Below, piece after piece: positions 26,238-38,143 of a stretch of 64,000 nucleotides of DNA (positions are counted from its first letter, which is position 1; every line of letters begins with the position of its first letter). Origin of the DNA: Octopus vulgaris (taxonomy: Eukaryota); NCBI GenBank assembly GCA_951406725.2, contig OX597819.1:97464001-97528000 (forward strand). Reading direction: 5' to 3'. The position numbers and the translations under genes are program-made. The notes under the pieces were generated by a model that was not told the origin of the DNA, did no database searches, and was given only the letters and a program-made list of their open reading frames with translations.

Positions 26238-27305
26238 CTAGGAAGAAAAGAAATAACAAGAATATATATTCAAATACAGAAAGAACTACAAAGACCACTA
26301 CCACCACACAATTGCAATACACTTGGATCGCTACCCACACAAGACAGAATACACTCCAGAATACAAAATATATTCCTTGACCACACTGAAGCTCAAACCA
26401 TAGCTTCACCTGAACTAACTGTAACAACAATAAAAATAACAAGTGATATGTTATACAATCAACCTATGAAACATACTGATTATTACTCCACTGTTTCAAC
26501 AGGCTTCTTCTTTACTTAAAGGGATTAGATGAATCTTTTGTTGTACAAAATGTCATTACTCACATCAATTTTGTGAATTACAATACCTTGAGATCCAATC
26601 CCAGAATTTCCTCCCAGGTCTTCTTTGCCCTATTGTGGTAACTAATACTACCAGCACAGTTTATTCTAACCTAGATGCGGTGCAATCACATCACATGTGT
26701 ATACCAGCAGAGTCATTTCTTGCCAAATCTCTCTCTCTCTTCCATTCACACTAATATCATATAACCAATAAATCACATTTCACTTATTTCTAACTTTCAC
26801 TTTCAATATCTAACTCACTACCACACTGTACTACACTCTTACACACTATTAAGTAATACCGCATTCTTCTACATTCTTACACATGTACCACTATCATGTA
26901 GTACATTATTCTTGTACATGTATTACCACATTTTTACATGTCTCATTACCATGCACTATCATATTCTTACACATGTTTCACCACTGTATTGTACCACATT
27001 CTTACACATAATTCATATAGTTTGCTCTTTTCACTGTTAACCCTATCAAGGTAGAAAGATTTATACATTAATCCTTTTGATATCAACCTGCCTGAAACCG
27101 CTTCTGGTTCTGTAATACAAATGTCTTGTTTTCAAAAGTTCTTGATTAAAATCTACCAAACCTTAGTCAAAATTTATGTCCCTAACACTAGCTTAAAGAT
27201 AACTAAGTTAATTTACTAAATTCTTTGTTATATTTAAAATTGATTGAAAGAAATACAGAGCATCTCAGCAGAAATACGGTAACAAAAGGGTTAAAGTCAT
27301 CTTAC

Positions 27306-27531
27306 CATTTTCCAGCACATGAGCTGCCTTTAAAAGCTTGAAGCGTTCCAGTTCATCCATCACAATTTTCTTTAGCTTGGAGCCTGATTTATAATACATT
27401 TCATCGTCTTGAATGACATAATTCTGAGCCATTTTCCGGATCACTCGTTTATAGTCATCTTTTATACCAGGAGGGTAACGTTTCTGTTCAATATATAGCT
27501 TTAGAGCGAGGTAATAATCATCTAATGGTAC
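27306..27531 (-). CDS. Exon 7 (first of ORF-B): first half of GIN1-like module 2; an ATG at 27537 is available if the upstream AG at 27555 is used
   Basis: ttcatgcag|GTA..AATG|gtaaga. Translates VPLDDYYLALKLYIEQKRYPPGIKDDYKRVIRKMAQNYVIQDDEMYY..LLKAAHVLENG, homologous to exon 1. Confidence 0.88.
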
Positions 27532-28789
27532 CTGCATGAATCACAAGAAGATGTCTTAGAATATGGAGAGAGAGAGAGAGAGAGGACCATAATTTGTAAA
27601 AGACAAATGCATGTGTCTAAATTATTAGAAATTTCTAAAGTTTCTGTTGTGCTTCAGGTCTGGGCAAGGCTTTCTATGGAAGAACAACAGTTACTCATGA
27701 AACACTTCTCCCTCTTCATGCCACCAATGTTGTTCAAGCAAGAGCAAGCATCAAAACATTTTAACACCAAAGTAGTCATAAGAGAACTCAGAGAACATAA
27801 AGAGCCAGGGCAAATACTGCAAAGCACTTTATTTGGAGTTCTACAAAATATGCCATTCCACTGTCTTTATCAGGTATAAGTTCTTTAGACACATTTTTTT
27901 CCAGGCTATTCAACAAAAGTATATATTTACAATTTCTATATCTTATACTATGTTTTGGTTTCTGAACGTTATCATATGTCTCGTTATACATAGTTTCATG
28001 CTGGATTCAAACCTTTATTTGTAAACTAGGGGTTATCCTCAAGGCCACTGGTTCACATGAGGAAAGAATGTAACACTGAGTTTGTGTGAAATCACATAAG
28101 ATGAGAAACAGCATGTAACATGATGTAACTGTTACTAGGTCTTCTGAAACAGATGTGAGGAAGAAAGAATGATATCCTCTAACTGAAGGCCAAGTTCAAA
28201 TGTTTCCTATAAAAGAGAATTTCTTAATTACAGGTAGCCAAAAGTTAGGTTGTGGTGGTAAACCTGGCCATAGCAGCTACAGCTGATTCTAACTCAGAAC
28301 ACAGACAGTAAAAATTCCGCAAGGTACCTGGTCTGATACTCTAACAAGTCCACCTGTCTAGACCAGTACTTTATTGATCCAACAAAAATTAAGAGAAAAC
28401 TTCATCTAGATTTAGTGAAAATTTGTTTCTATTGAATTTTTTGATAATAGATAAATATTTATTATATCAACAAAGTAAACCTAAAAGATAAAGTTTAATT
28501 TTAACTAATGTTTCTTTGAAATTGTGCATTTGTATGCGTGCATGCATGTTTGATACCCAATGCACAAAGGAAAAAAAAGTGTACATAAGGTTTTCATAAT
28601 GAAATAAAAATTTTTCTAATTGCAAAAAGTAATCATAAAATTTCAAAATAAAATCTTAATATACACTGAAAAAGGTGTGCATTTGCTTAGGTGGTCGATA
28701 TGGGATTTGAGTGATGGTCAGTCATATGGATGCAGACATACTTAGCAAAGGAAAATACAATTTGCACACAAACAAATTCCTGTGCATAC

Positions 28790-29609
28790 CTGCAACTATA
28801 AATTCGATAGAACATTGTCCCAGACACTAGGATTTATAATCAAAACAATCTGACCTCTGTTTAAAGTCCTATGAGATGTAAAATCAAAAGGAATATTACT
28901 TACATCACGATTTTCTCGTTTCTTTCGTTTATTGCCTTTCTTGGGTGAATAACGGTTGACAACGTCTAGATAATTCTTCTTGCGTCCACGACGACCAGGT
29001 GACATTTCTGAACCTGATAAACACTCATCCTCATCAGCAGGGACATTACTAGTGTCGTCTTCTATTGAGGTTTGGGTGGACTGAGAAGATGGTGGTCGCC
29101 CACGCTGAGGTTTGACAGGTTTGTCATTGGTTGAATACAAAAGTTTCTTTAACTTAACAGAGACAGGTGTGGAGGAAGCTGGAGTGGATGAGGTTTTGTT
29201 AGTGACATTATTATTATTATTAGTAGTAGTTGTTGTAGTAGTAGTAGTAGTAGTGGTAGTAGCAGTAGTAGTAGTAGTTGTTGTACTGCTTTCTGTTGGA
29301 GTATCCAAAATATTTTCAGAATGAAGCTCATCAGGGTTGACTTCCCCATTTACTTCTGTAGCAGCAACAGGTGCTTGCGATACATTCTCTTCGGCTACTT
29401 CTCCTTCTCCAGGGTAATAATACACTACAGGTAAATTTTTTTCAGAACTGCTCGGCTGTTCTGATGGGTTTGCCAGCAAACTCTCTGTCAGACCTTTACT
29501 TACTTTCATCATCTTTGTTTGAATAGATTGAATCTGAGATTCAGACAGATTTGGGTCCAAGTCGGATCCAGGTTGACGGAAAGATATACTCAATGGTAGA
29601 CATGGTTCC
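28790..29609 (-). CDS. ORF-A exon 6: post-core linker, poly-Thr, AT-hook-like motifs, GPY/F-like remnant; TAG at 28798-28796 then donor at 28790/28789
   Basis: ttgtag|G. Translates REPCLPLSIS..KPQRGRPP..GRRGRKK..RGQIVLIINPSVWDNVLSNL*LQ followed by gtatgc. Confidence 0.88.
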
Positions 29610-29713
29610 CTACAACAGACAGAACATCATAAGTGACAGTTATTGATAAAGACAGACAAACATGATGAGGCATACAGACAAGTACACTGAAGACTACAAT
29701 AACAGACTCTCAC

Positions 29714-29867
29714 CTATGATGTACGAGGTATACTGGAGTATATTCAGCAATCTGTGGTCGGTTTATTCGATGTGGCATCAACCAAAGATCAAGACTTTCA
29801 TGCCAGTTGCGAGGATAGGATTTAGCAAACTTTCTCAGGTCTGCCTCCAGGTCTTTCCACATGCCAT
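29714..29867 (-). CDS. ORF-A exon 5: C-terminal part of integrase core (absent from ORF track)
   Basis: atttag|AT..AG|gtgaga, 154 nt. Translates NGMWKDLEADLRKFAKSYPRNWHESLDLWLMPHRINRPQIAEYTPVYLVHHR, matching the Gypsy integrase pattern NG..LxK..W..L..TP..L..R.P.LP. Bridges phase 1 to phase 2 exactly. Confidence 0.9.
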
Positions 29868-30367
29868 CTAAATTTTAATCAATAATACAGCCACAATGAA
29901 TCACTGTCAAATACATTAGACTAATCACTTCAATAAATAGCGAAGAAAAAAAAGGGTGATTTTGTTTTTGTATTTTACTTCTAGGGTCCACAGGAAGAGG
30001 CAGTATATATGGTATTCACAGGCCTTCTTAGACCAGTATGACTGAGGCTTTAAACATTCCTCTTGAACCTTTATAGATCAACACATGCAGGAAAAGCATG
30101 AGCAGAGATGACAGTCCAAGAGGGCTGATGTCCTGAGGAAAATGGACTGAGTATAGTGATTGGTGCCAAGATTTGGACAAAAAAGTGATGACAAGAGAAG
30201 ATAAGTGGGACAGGAATGCTGGGATAGAGACAGCAAGAACCCATCAAGCTCCAAGATGCAGAAGTCATTGTAGTAGTAGTAGTAGTAGAAAAGGTAGAGA
30301 TAGGAAACAGTGTGAGTGATTTTTAACCTAATGAAGAAAATAAATATAAATATTAAAATTAACATAC

Positions 30368-30498
30368 TTGTATCTTGGCAACATCCAAACTTCAAGTCAA
30401 TGGCATGTTCTTTATCAGTGAGTAAATCAAAGCGACCAGCAATCTTTCTGCAACTGAATGACTCTTTACGGAATCTCAAGGTTTTCATGACACCATAT
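30368..30498 (-). CDS. ORF-A exon 4: middle of integrase core
   Basis: (t)14ag|A..A|gtatgt. Translates RYGVMKTLRFRKESFSCRKIAGRFDLLTDKEHAIDLKFGCCQDT; RYG equates to the RFGxP motif. Confidence 0.8.
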
Positions 30499-31232
30499 CT
30501 AAAAAAAAAAAAAACCTTCTAAACCAGTGGTTCTGAATTGGACCCACATGACCCTTTCAGATCCATATAAGATTTTGTTAAAATCTATGAGCAATAAATT
30601 GACTATTTTTACAATACACAAAATATTTTAATTTTTTTATACAATTTCTAATATTTAATTATAAAAATATAATTAAGATTTTTTTTTTAAACAATGAATG
30701 GATATGTGGGTCCAGTAGAGTAAAATAGGAATCAAAGGGGTTCATGGGCAAAAAAAAGGGTTAAGGACCACCGTTCTAAATGGTCATCAATAAAAACACT
30801 GCATAATCAGACTGTATAATTAACAGCATGTTGTGTCAGTCATCTTGTCAACCACTAAAAGTATTGTCTTTGACAGTCACAGTAATGTGGTCCTTAGATT
30901 GAAATTAGGTTTGATACAACTCAAATTTGGTTTCAAAAGATTAAATATGTGTGTGTGTGTGTGTGCATGTGAGGGCATGCATGCACACACACAGAGAAAT
31001 TATGAACGTAAATAATAAAACATAGAATAATGTGTAGCCAAAGCCTAAGAGTATATTCCTCAAGTTACATGCCACCAAAAGGATACATATTTCAGGCACA
31101 CACATGTATATACACTGAATTTATATGATTTCTATACCTACTCAAAACACACACCCAGTATTCAATACTCAAAGCACCACAACCAACACTCAACACCTAA
31201 TACTCAATAAGAAGATCATGTAAACCTCTCAC

Positions 31233-31402
31233 CTTGCAATAAGACTGAGAATAAACTGCAACACCTCCGTTATAGGTACAATTCCATCTTTGTACTCAAC
31301 AAACCGTGCTTCTGGCCACAAAGAATAAACATCTAAACAGAGGATAACTTGCACAGCTGAGCCTCCAGTCACCTTGATAGGACCAATAATATCAACCTCC
31401 GC
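31233..31402 (-). CDS. ORF-A exon 3: start of rve integrase core
   Basis: cttccag|GCG..AG|gtgaga. Translates AEVDIIGPIKVTGGSAVQVILCLDVYSLWPEARFV, cf. the canonical DxxGP..ILVxVDYFTKWxEA. Confidence 0.9.
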
Positions 31403-32917
31403 CTGGAAGTACATAAACAACGCTTTAACTCTTTATCATTTAAACTGGCCATATTTGGCCCAAATATGCTATCTGTTTTATGTTCAGATTAGCCAGATCT
31501 GGCCTCTTATATCTTAATCTTACCATGTCATTCTAAGAATACACAATCACATCATCAAAATCTTAAAACTACAAGGCAATGAATGATTAATTCAAGACAA
31601 TGTGACTAAATAAAAATTACATTTCACAGAGTAATCTGAATGCTAAAGGCTAAATAATGTGAAAATTTTCTATCACTGGAAGATAAATCAGCAATAACAC
31701 TAAACTACCAAACTATTTATCCATTTGTATTTAGTTCTGTGCTCTACTAAATCCCATCCTCTACTTTACTTTCCAGTAAAAAGACAGGAAATAACAGTAT
31801 CATGTGGATAGAGCAAACACAAGTATGTCTACAAGCTAAAATATCATGCAGGGTATTAGTAATTCAGATTTCACATCCTAAATCATTGTTTAAGCAACTT
31901 TGTATTGAAACAGATGTGACTTTTGGAAATCTAAAGTTACACAAAGTTCACCTAGGTTACTTGTGAAAGTTATCAGTAATCGTTGACCAATTCTTCCTGT
32001 GCCCTTTCTATCATCAAAGCGCAGGCATGGCTGAGTAGTTAAGAAGTTACCTTTGATTCCCTTGAGTAGTTTCTTGGGTAAATGTCTTCTACTACAGCCT
32101 TGTGACTAAAATTTCATAGACAGAAACTGTACAAAAAGTTGTCTTGTGTGCATGTGTGTATATATATATATCATCATCATACCCATTCTCTATGCTGGCA
32201 TGGGCTGGACAGTTTGACCGGAGCTGATAAGGCCAGGGGCCAGACTTGGTTCCATTGTCTGTTCTAGCATGATTTCTATAGCTGGATGCTCTTCCTAATG
32301 CCAACCACTCCATAGAGTGAAGGGGATGTTTTTATGTGACATCAGCACCAGTGGCATGGTTTCTACAGCTGGATGCCCTTTCTAACATCAACTACTCCAC
32401 AGAGTCTAATGGGTGCTTTTCATGTGGCACAAGTGCTACATATGTGTATGTGTGTGTTTGCTTACATGTCTTTTCACACAATTTTCACTTCGGTAGCAAT
32501 ATTATTTGTTTATGTCTAATATAAACAATATGTTTGATAGCTAGGTAAATCTGACATGCTGGCGTCATGAAAGGCATTTGGTCAAGATGCATTCAACCCA
32601 TACCTGCACAGAAAAAGCAGACGTAAAAATGATAATGTTGATAAAACGTAACCATTTTAGACAACAATTAGACTGGATATCACTTCTGTCAACCTCCTCT
32701 AACTTTGTGATAGTTGATAAGGGACAATTGTTATCTTGCAAAGAGAGACATGGCCTAACTTTACTGCAGGTACCATTAACTTTTACAGCCAGGCTGGACA
32801 ATAAACTGAATTGATCATATATTGTTTAGATCAAGCCCGCCACACCTTTAAAGTCGCTACTATCTGCTCAATTAGGAGTTATTTAAGGCTATTTAATGTA
32901 AAGATCAATGAGATTAC

Positions 32918-33168
32918 CTTTTGCCAAAAGTGATTGATCACTTCCCCCAAGGTCTCTGGAAATGGTAAAGCTGCCATTAGTTCGGCAACATGTTCTTCCC
33001 TTTCTGATGGAGTTTTGGTGGCAGGAGTGGCAGTAGCTGAGTAGCCACTGCGGTAAGCTTGGCAAACTGGACATTCTTTTATGTAATTGCGGACAGTTTC
33101 AATGGTTTTAGCCAAATAATAATGGTCGCTAAATTCCTTCAATGTCTTGTCATATGTTCTGTGGTTTC
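32918..33168 (-). CDS. ORF-A exon 2: second half of H2C2 module 1
   Basis: ctttgacag|GA..AAG|gtaatc. Translates GNHRTYDKTLKEFSDHYYLAKTIETVRNYIKECPVCQ..FWQK. Confidence 0.9.
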
Positions 33169-33699
33169 CTGTCAAAGAAAGTACAAAAAATTCCATTAAT
33201 AATGAATTAGCGAATGATGATTATGATGATAGTGATGAAAATAATGATTACAAAGAGGTGGAGGAGAGCAATAAAAAGCAAATGCCATAACAGTCAGACT
33301 TCCCATCAAGCAATGGGAATGACATCAACTGTTGTTTGATTGCAGAGGGCTTACAACTTCAGTAAACCTATCACTGTTAATAGATAATACTTTTACCGAG
33401 TTGAAGCTATTGAAAGGATACCTCAGAACTGACTTAGTCATTTATCCTCTTTAAGTAACTAAAGCAATTTACAGAAATGCACTGGGGGTTATTTAAGAAA
33501 TACTCCAAATCTCTATGCTGCTCAACAAAGACAACACACATAGCATCACATTTATTTTCTCACACTATCATATCAATACACAAATTTATAGGTGGGTTTT
33601 TCCTCGAGCAGGTAGATAAAGATTAAAGTTAAAATGAAAAGGCAAACCATTTGGCATCACTTGAAAAGACATTTAATTTAGATCAAGAATATAGATATA

Positions 33700-33790
33700 C
33701 AATCTTTTACAGCTGTTTCAAGAAGAGTCGAACGTGTAGATCATATTGAGTAAGGATTCCATAGGTTGAGTACTCTGTCTTCAGAGAGGA
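33700..33790 (-). ncRNA. Degenerate hammerhead motif in intron 1
   Basis: On the - strand: CTGAAGA (33784-33778)..GAAA-cagctg-TA. Helices I and II are imperfect. Confidence 0.45.
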
Positions 33791-34226
33791 AGAAGTCAGA
33801 GAGATGTTAAGTCCCCAATCGAGGATATTAGTGTATTCCAGTTTGTCAAGAATGAAGGAAGGGTTAGAGTAAAATAGGAATGCATTAGATAGATCCATGA
33901 TCAAATGAAAATTACGGTTATAAGTAACATCCAATAGTGGCTTCAAGTGAGAATGTTCAATAATAATTCATGGCGAGGATTAGTGAAAGTTACCAGTTCC
34001 AGTTTTGAATGGAACTGTTAGTGTATTATTTCACCTATTGTTAAAGCTCCACAGTCAGGCAGGGATTTTGGATCCTACTGTGCCACACGCACAGGTACAT
34101 GCTGTCACATACTAGCAGTCAAATCATTACCAGGAAGAATAAAAGGCGAAATTGACTTACACAAGATTTGAACTCAATGTGAAGATATAGACAAAAGACA
34201 GGAAAGAAAGCTAAACATAATAGGCA

Positions 34227-34600
34227 CAGGAGTGGCTGTGTGGTAAGTAGCTTCCTTACCAACCACATGGTTCCAGGTTCAGTCTCACTGCATGGCACCT
34301 TGGGCAAGTGTCTTTTACTATAGCCTCAGGCTGACCAAAGCCTTGTGAGTGGATTTGGTAGACGGAAACTGAAAGAAGCCCTTAGGGTGTATGTTTGTGT
34401 ATCTGTGTTTGTCTCCCCCCACCCACACACACACCATTTCTTGACAACCGATGTTGGTGTGTTTATGTCCCTGTAACTTAGCAGTTCAGCAAAAGAGACC
34501 AATAGAATAAAAACTAGGCTTACAAAGAATAAGTCCTGGGACCGATTTGTTCGACTAAAGGCGGTGCTCCAGCATGGTCGCAGTCAAATGACTGAAAAGA
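34227..34600 (+). mobile_element. tRNA-derived SINE family 2
   Basis: ggagtggctgtgtggtaag (A box), ggttcagtc (B box), gagtggatttggtagacggaaactgaaagaagcc, tail ggcggtgctccagcatgg..caaatgactgaaa. Confidence 0.85.
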
Positions 34601-34976
34601 ATACAAGTATAGCTAGAGTTACTATAAGTAGTCCATTTAGATGACAGAAAGCCAGTATTAGTGCACAAAAACATCAGCTGCATTACAGATGATGCCAATC
34701 TCTCCACAACAAACATCCTAAATGATTGGACAGTGGAGGGAGTGCAACATGTCCAGATACCACTACACCTCAAATGATCACTGCATGTCGGAGTGCATAG
34801 ATGGAGTGAGCCTAGAAAAATAGATCTAATATATATATATGAAGCCTCCTTATATACACACACATGGCCAGTCAGAGAGTGACCAGTGGTTTCACAAGCA
34901 ACTTTAAATAATTACATTATTGCTCTAATGTTTTAGAGTGTGCTTTTTTTTCAGATTTTAGATTTTTGAACTACTG

Positions 34977-35944
<968 letters not shown>

Positions 35945-36153
35945 CAATCATCACTAAGTGTGACTAAGGTGCTGATGCACCTACATTTCCAGTTAGCATG
36001 TGTATGCATATCTGTACTCTTCCTACAGCATTAAGAATATTTTAATTCTTATTTCTAGCAATGTGGCAGCACCCTTAGTCACACTTAGTGATGATTGAAT
36101 TTTTCCTTTATGGTATCATATTGCACCTAGCTGTTTATATTAAATTTATATAT

Positions 36154-36175
36154 ATCATCATGAACATCACTGCTC

Positions 36176-36206
<31 letters not shown>

Positions 36207-36302
36207 CATCATGAACATCACTGCTCTATATGTATATATATATATATATATATCATCATGAACATCACTGCTCTATATGTATATATATATATATATATAT
36301 AT
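36154..36302. repeat. 3x tandem atcatcatgaacatcactgctctatatg(TA)n
   Basis: Units at about 36154, 36204 and 36252. Confidence 0.85.
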
Positions 36303-36498
36303 GGCTGACCATCTATATATCATGGGTCTGCAAAATCAAAACTGACCTGGTGCTGCACAACTACACTAATAATTGTACCTTTACTATATGTGGCTCACAA
36401 ATAAGTCAATGAGACAGCTTCTATGTCAGCATAACATGGACATTTTCTTATTTTCAGTACCAGCTGTTCAATTTTCTCATTAATTTTATATATATATA

Positions 36499-37492
36499 TC
36501 ATCATCATCATCATCATCGTTTAAAGTCTGTTTTCCATGCTAGCATGGGTTGGAGGCTGCACCAGGCTCCAGTCTGATCTGGCAGTGTTTCTACAGCTGG
36601 ATGCCCTTCCTAATGCCAACCACTCCGTGTGTGTAGTGGGTACTTTTTACGTGCCACCAGCACAGGTATCACAACTACAATTTCCATTTGATTTTTATTT
36701 GATGTTGATGTACTTGACTCAATAGGTCTCCTCAAGCATAGCAGGTTGCCCTACGATCCAAGGTAAGCACAGCAGGTCATCCTGCGATCCAAGGTACTTT
36801 GGATGGGCTGGGGCTGCTACGTGAAGATGGTGCAGGAAACACCCACAAACTCACGTTGTCGAGTCTTCGCAGTCACAGCATATCTCCAGAGGTCTTGGTC
36901 TTTCGCCATTGTCTCAGTGAGGCCCAACGTTCGAAGGTCATGCTTGACCACCTCATCCCATGTCTTCCTGGGTCTACCTCAACCCCGGATTCCTTCAACT
37001 GTTTGGGAGTGGCACTTCTTCACACATCTCTCCTCATTTATCCATAGTACATGACCATAGTAGTGCAAACGTCTCTCTTGCATGCCACATCCAATGCTTC
37101 TTAGGTCCAGCATTTTTCTCAGGGCGCTTACACTCTGTCGTGTGTGCACACTGACATTACACATCCAGTGGATCATGCAAGCTTCATTTCTTTCAAGCCT
37201 ATGCATGTCCTCTGCAGTCACAGCCCATGTTTCACTACCGTGAAGCATGGCAGTTCACACATGTGCGTCGTACAATCTACCTTTCACTCTGAGCGAGAGA
37301 CCCTTTGTCAGCAGTAGGGGTAGAAGCTTTCTAAACTTTGCCCAGGCTATTTGTATTCTGGTGGTGACACTCTGAGCATCCACCTCCACTACTAACTTGG
37401 TCACATAGGTAGTGTAAATTATCAACTACTTCTAGTTTCCCCACCTGGAGTGTGATGGAATCTGTTTTCTGAGTATCTGTGGTGTCTATTGC

Positions 37493-37495
<3 letters not shown>
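36499..37495 (-). mobile_element. RTE LINE 3' fragment joined to a family-3 SINE-like 3' end
   Basis: Broken frame LEVVDNLHYLCDQVSSGGGC / MLHGSETWAVTAEDMHRLERNEACMIHWMC; (cat)n tail; TA tracts on both sides. Confidence 0.85.
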
Positions 37496-37551
<56 letters not shown>

Positions 37552-37994
37552 GTATAGTTGCTGGCTATGGCCAGTAAGGGAGCTATCATTAGTTTCACAC
37601 CTATAATGATGTTCAGAGTGGTAAAGGTGACTCGTCAGACTCATTGGCCAGAGGCACATAACCTCTCTATAACTTGAGGTAGGAATACAGTCTCAGTCAG
37701 CTAGGGTTGTGAAAAACCCCACAAAACAGAATTCTACTGAATGACAGCTCTTCTGGACAGGAATTAACTCCCTTTGACTGGTTACAGTGTATAGGGGAAT
37801 TCCGTGTTTGCAACACAATTTTCTTCTGACGAGGGCACTACTTACACACCTCACATTTGGAGTTTAAGAAGGCCATTGGGTCAAGCAAGTTCTTTAGGAA
37901 CCTTGCCCTGTCAGCCAAGCAAAGTTTACATCATCCACTCCCATTAAAATAGAGCCCAGGTTGTTCTGAGAGCTTGCATTTAATTTTGTACAAC

Positions 37995-38143
37995 TCACGG
38001 AGTGGTTGGCGTTAGGAAGGGCATCCAGCTGTAGAAACACTGCCAGATCAGACTGGGCCAGGTGCAGCCTACTGGCTTCCCAGACCCCAGTTGAACCGTC
38101 CAACCCATGCTAGCATGGAAAGCGGACGTTAAACGATGATGAT
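37995..38143 (+). mobile_element. SINE family 3, 3' portion
   Basis: Family core plus (gat)n tail. Confidence 0.75.

Noticed and set aside
28845-28860. Alternative donor AG|GTCAGA upstream of the UAG that might bypass the stop
   Set aside because: It is phase 1: out of frame with the 27531 acceptor, and with the 27554 acceptor it meets TGA after four codons.
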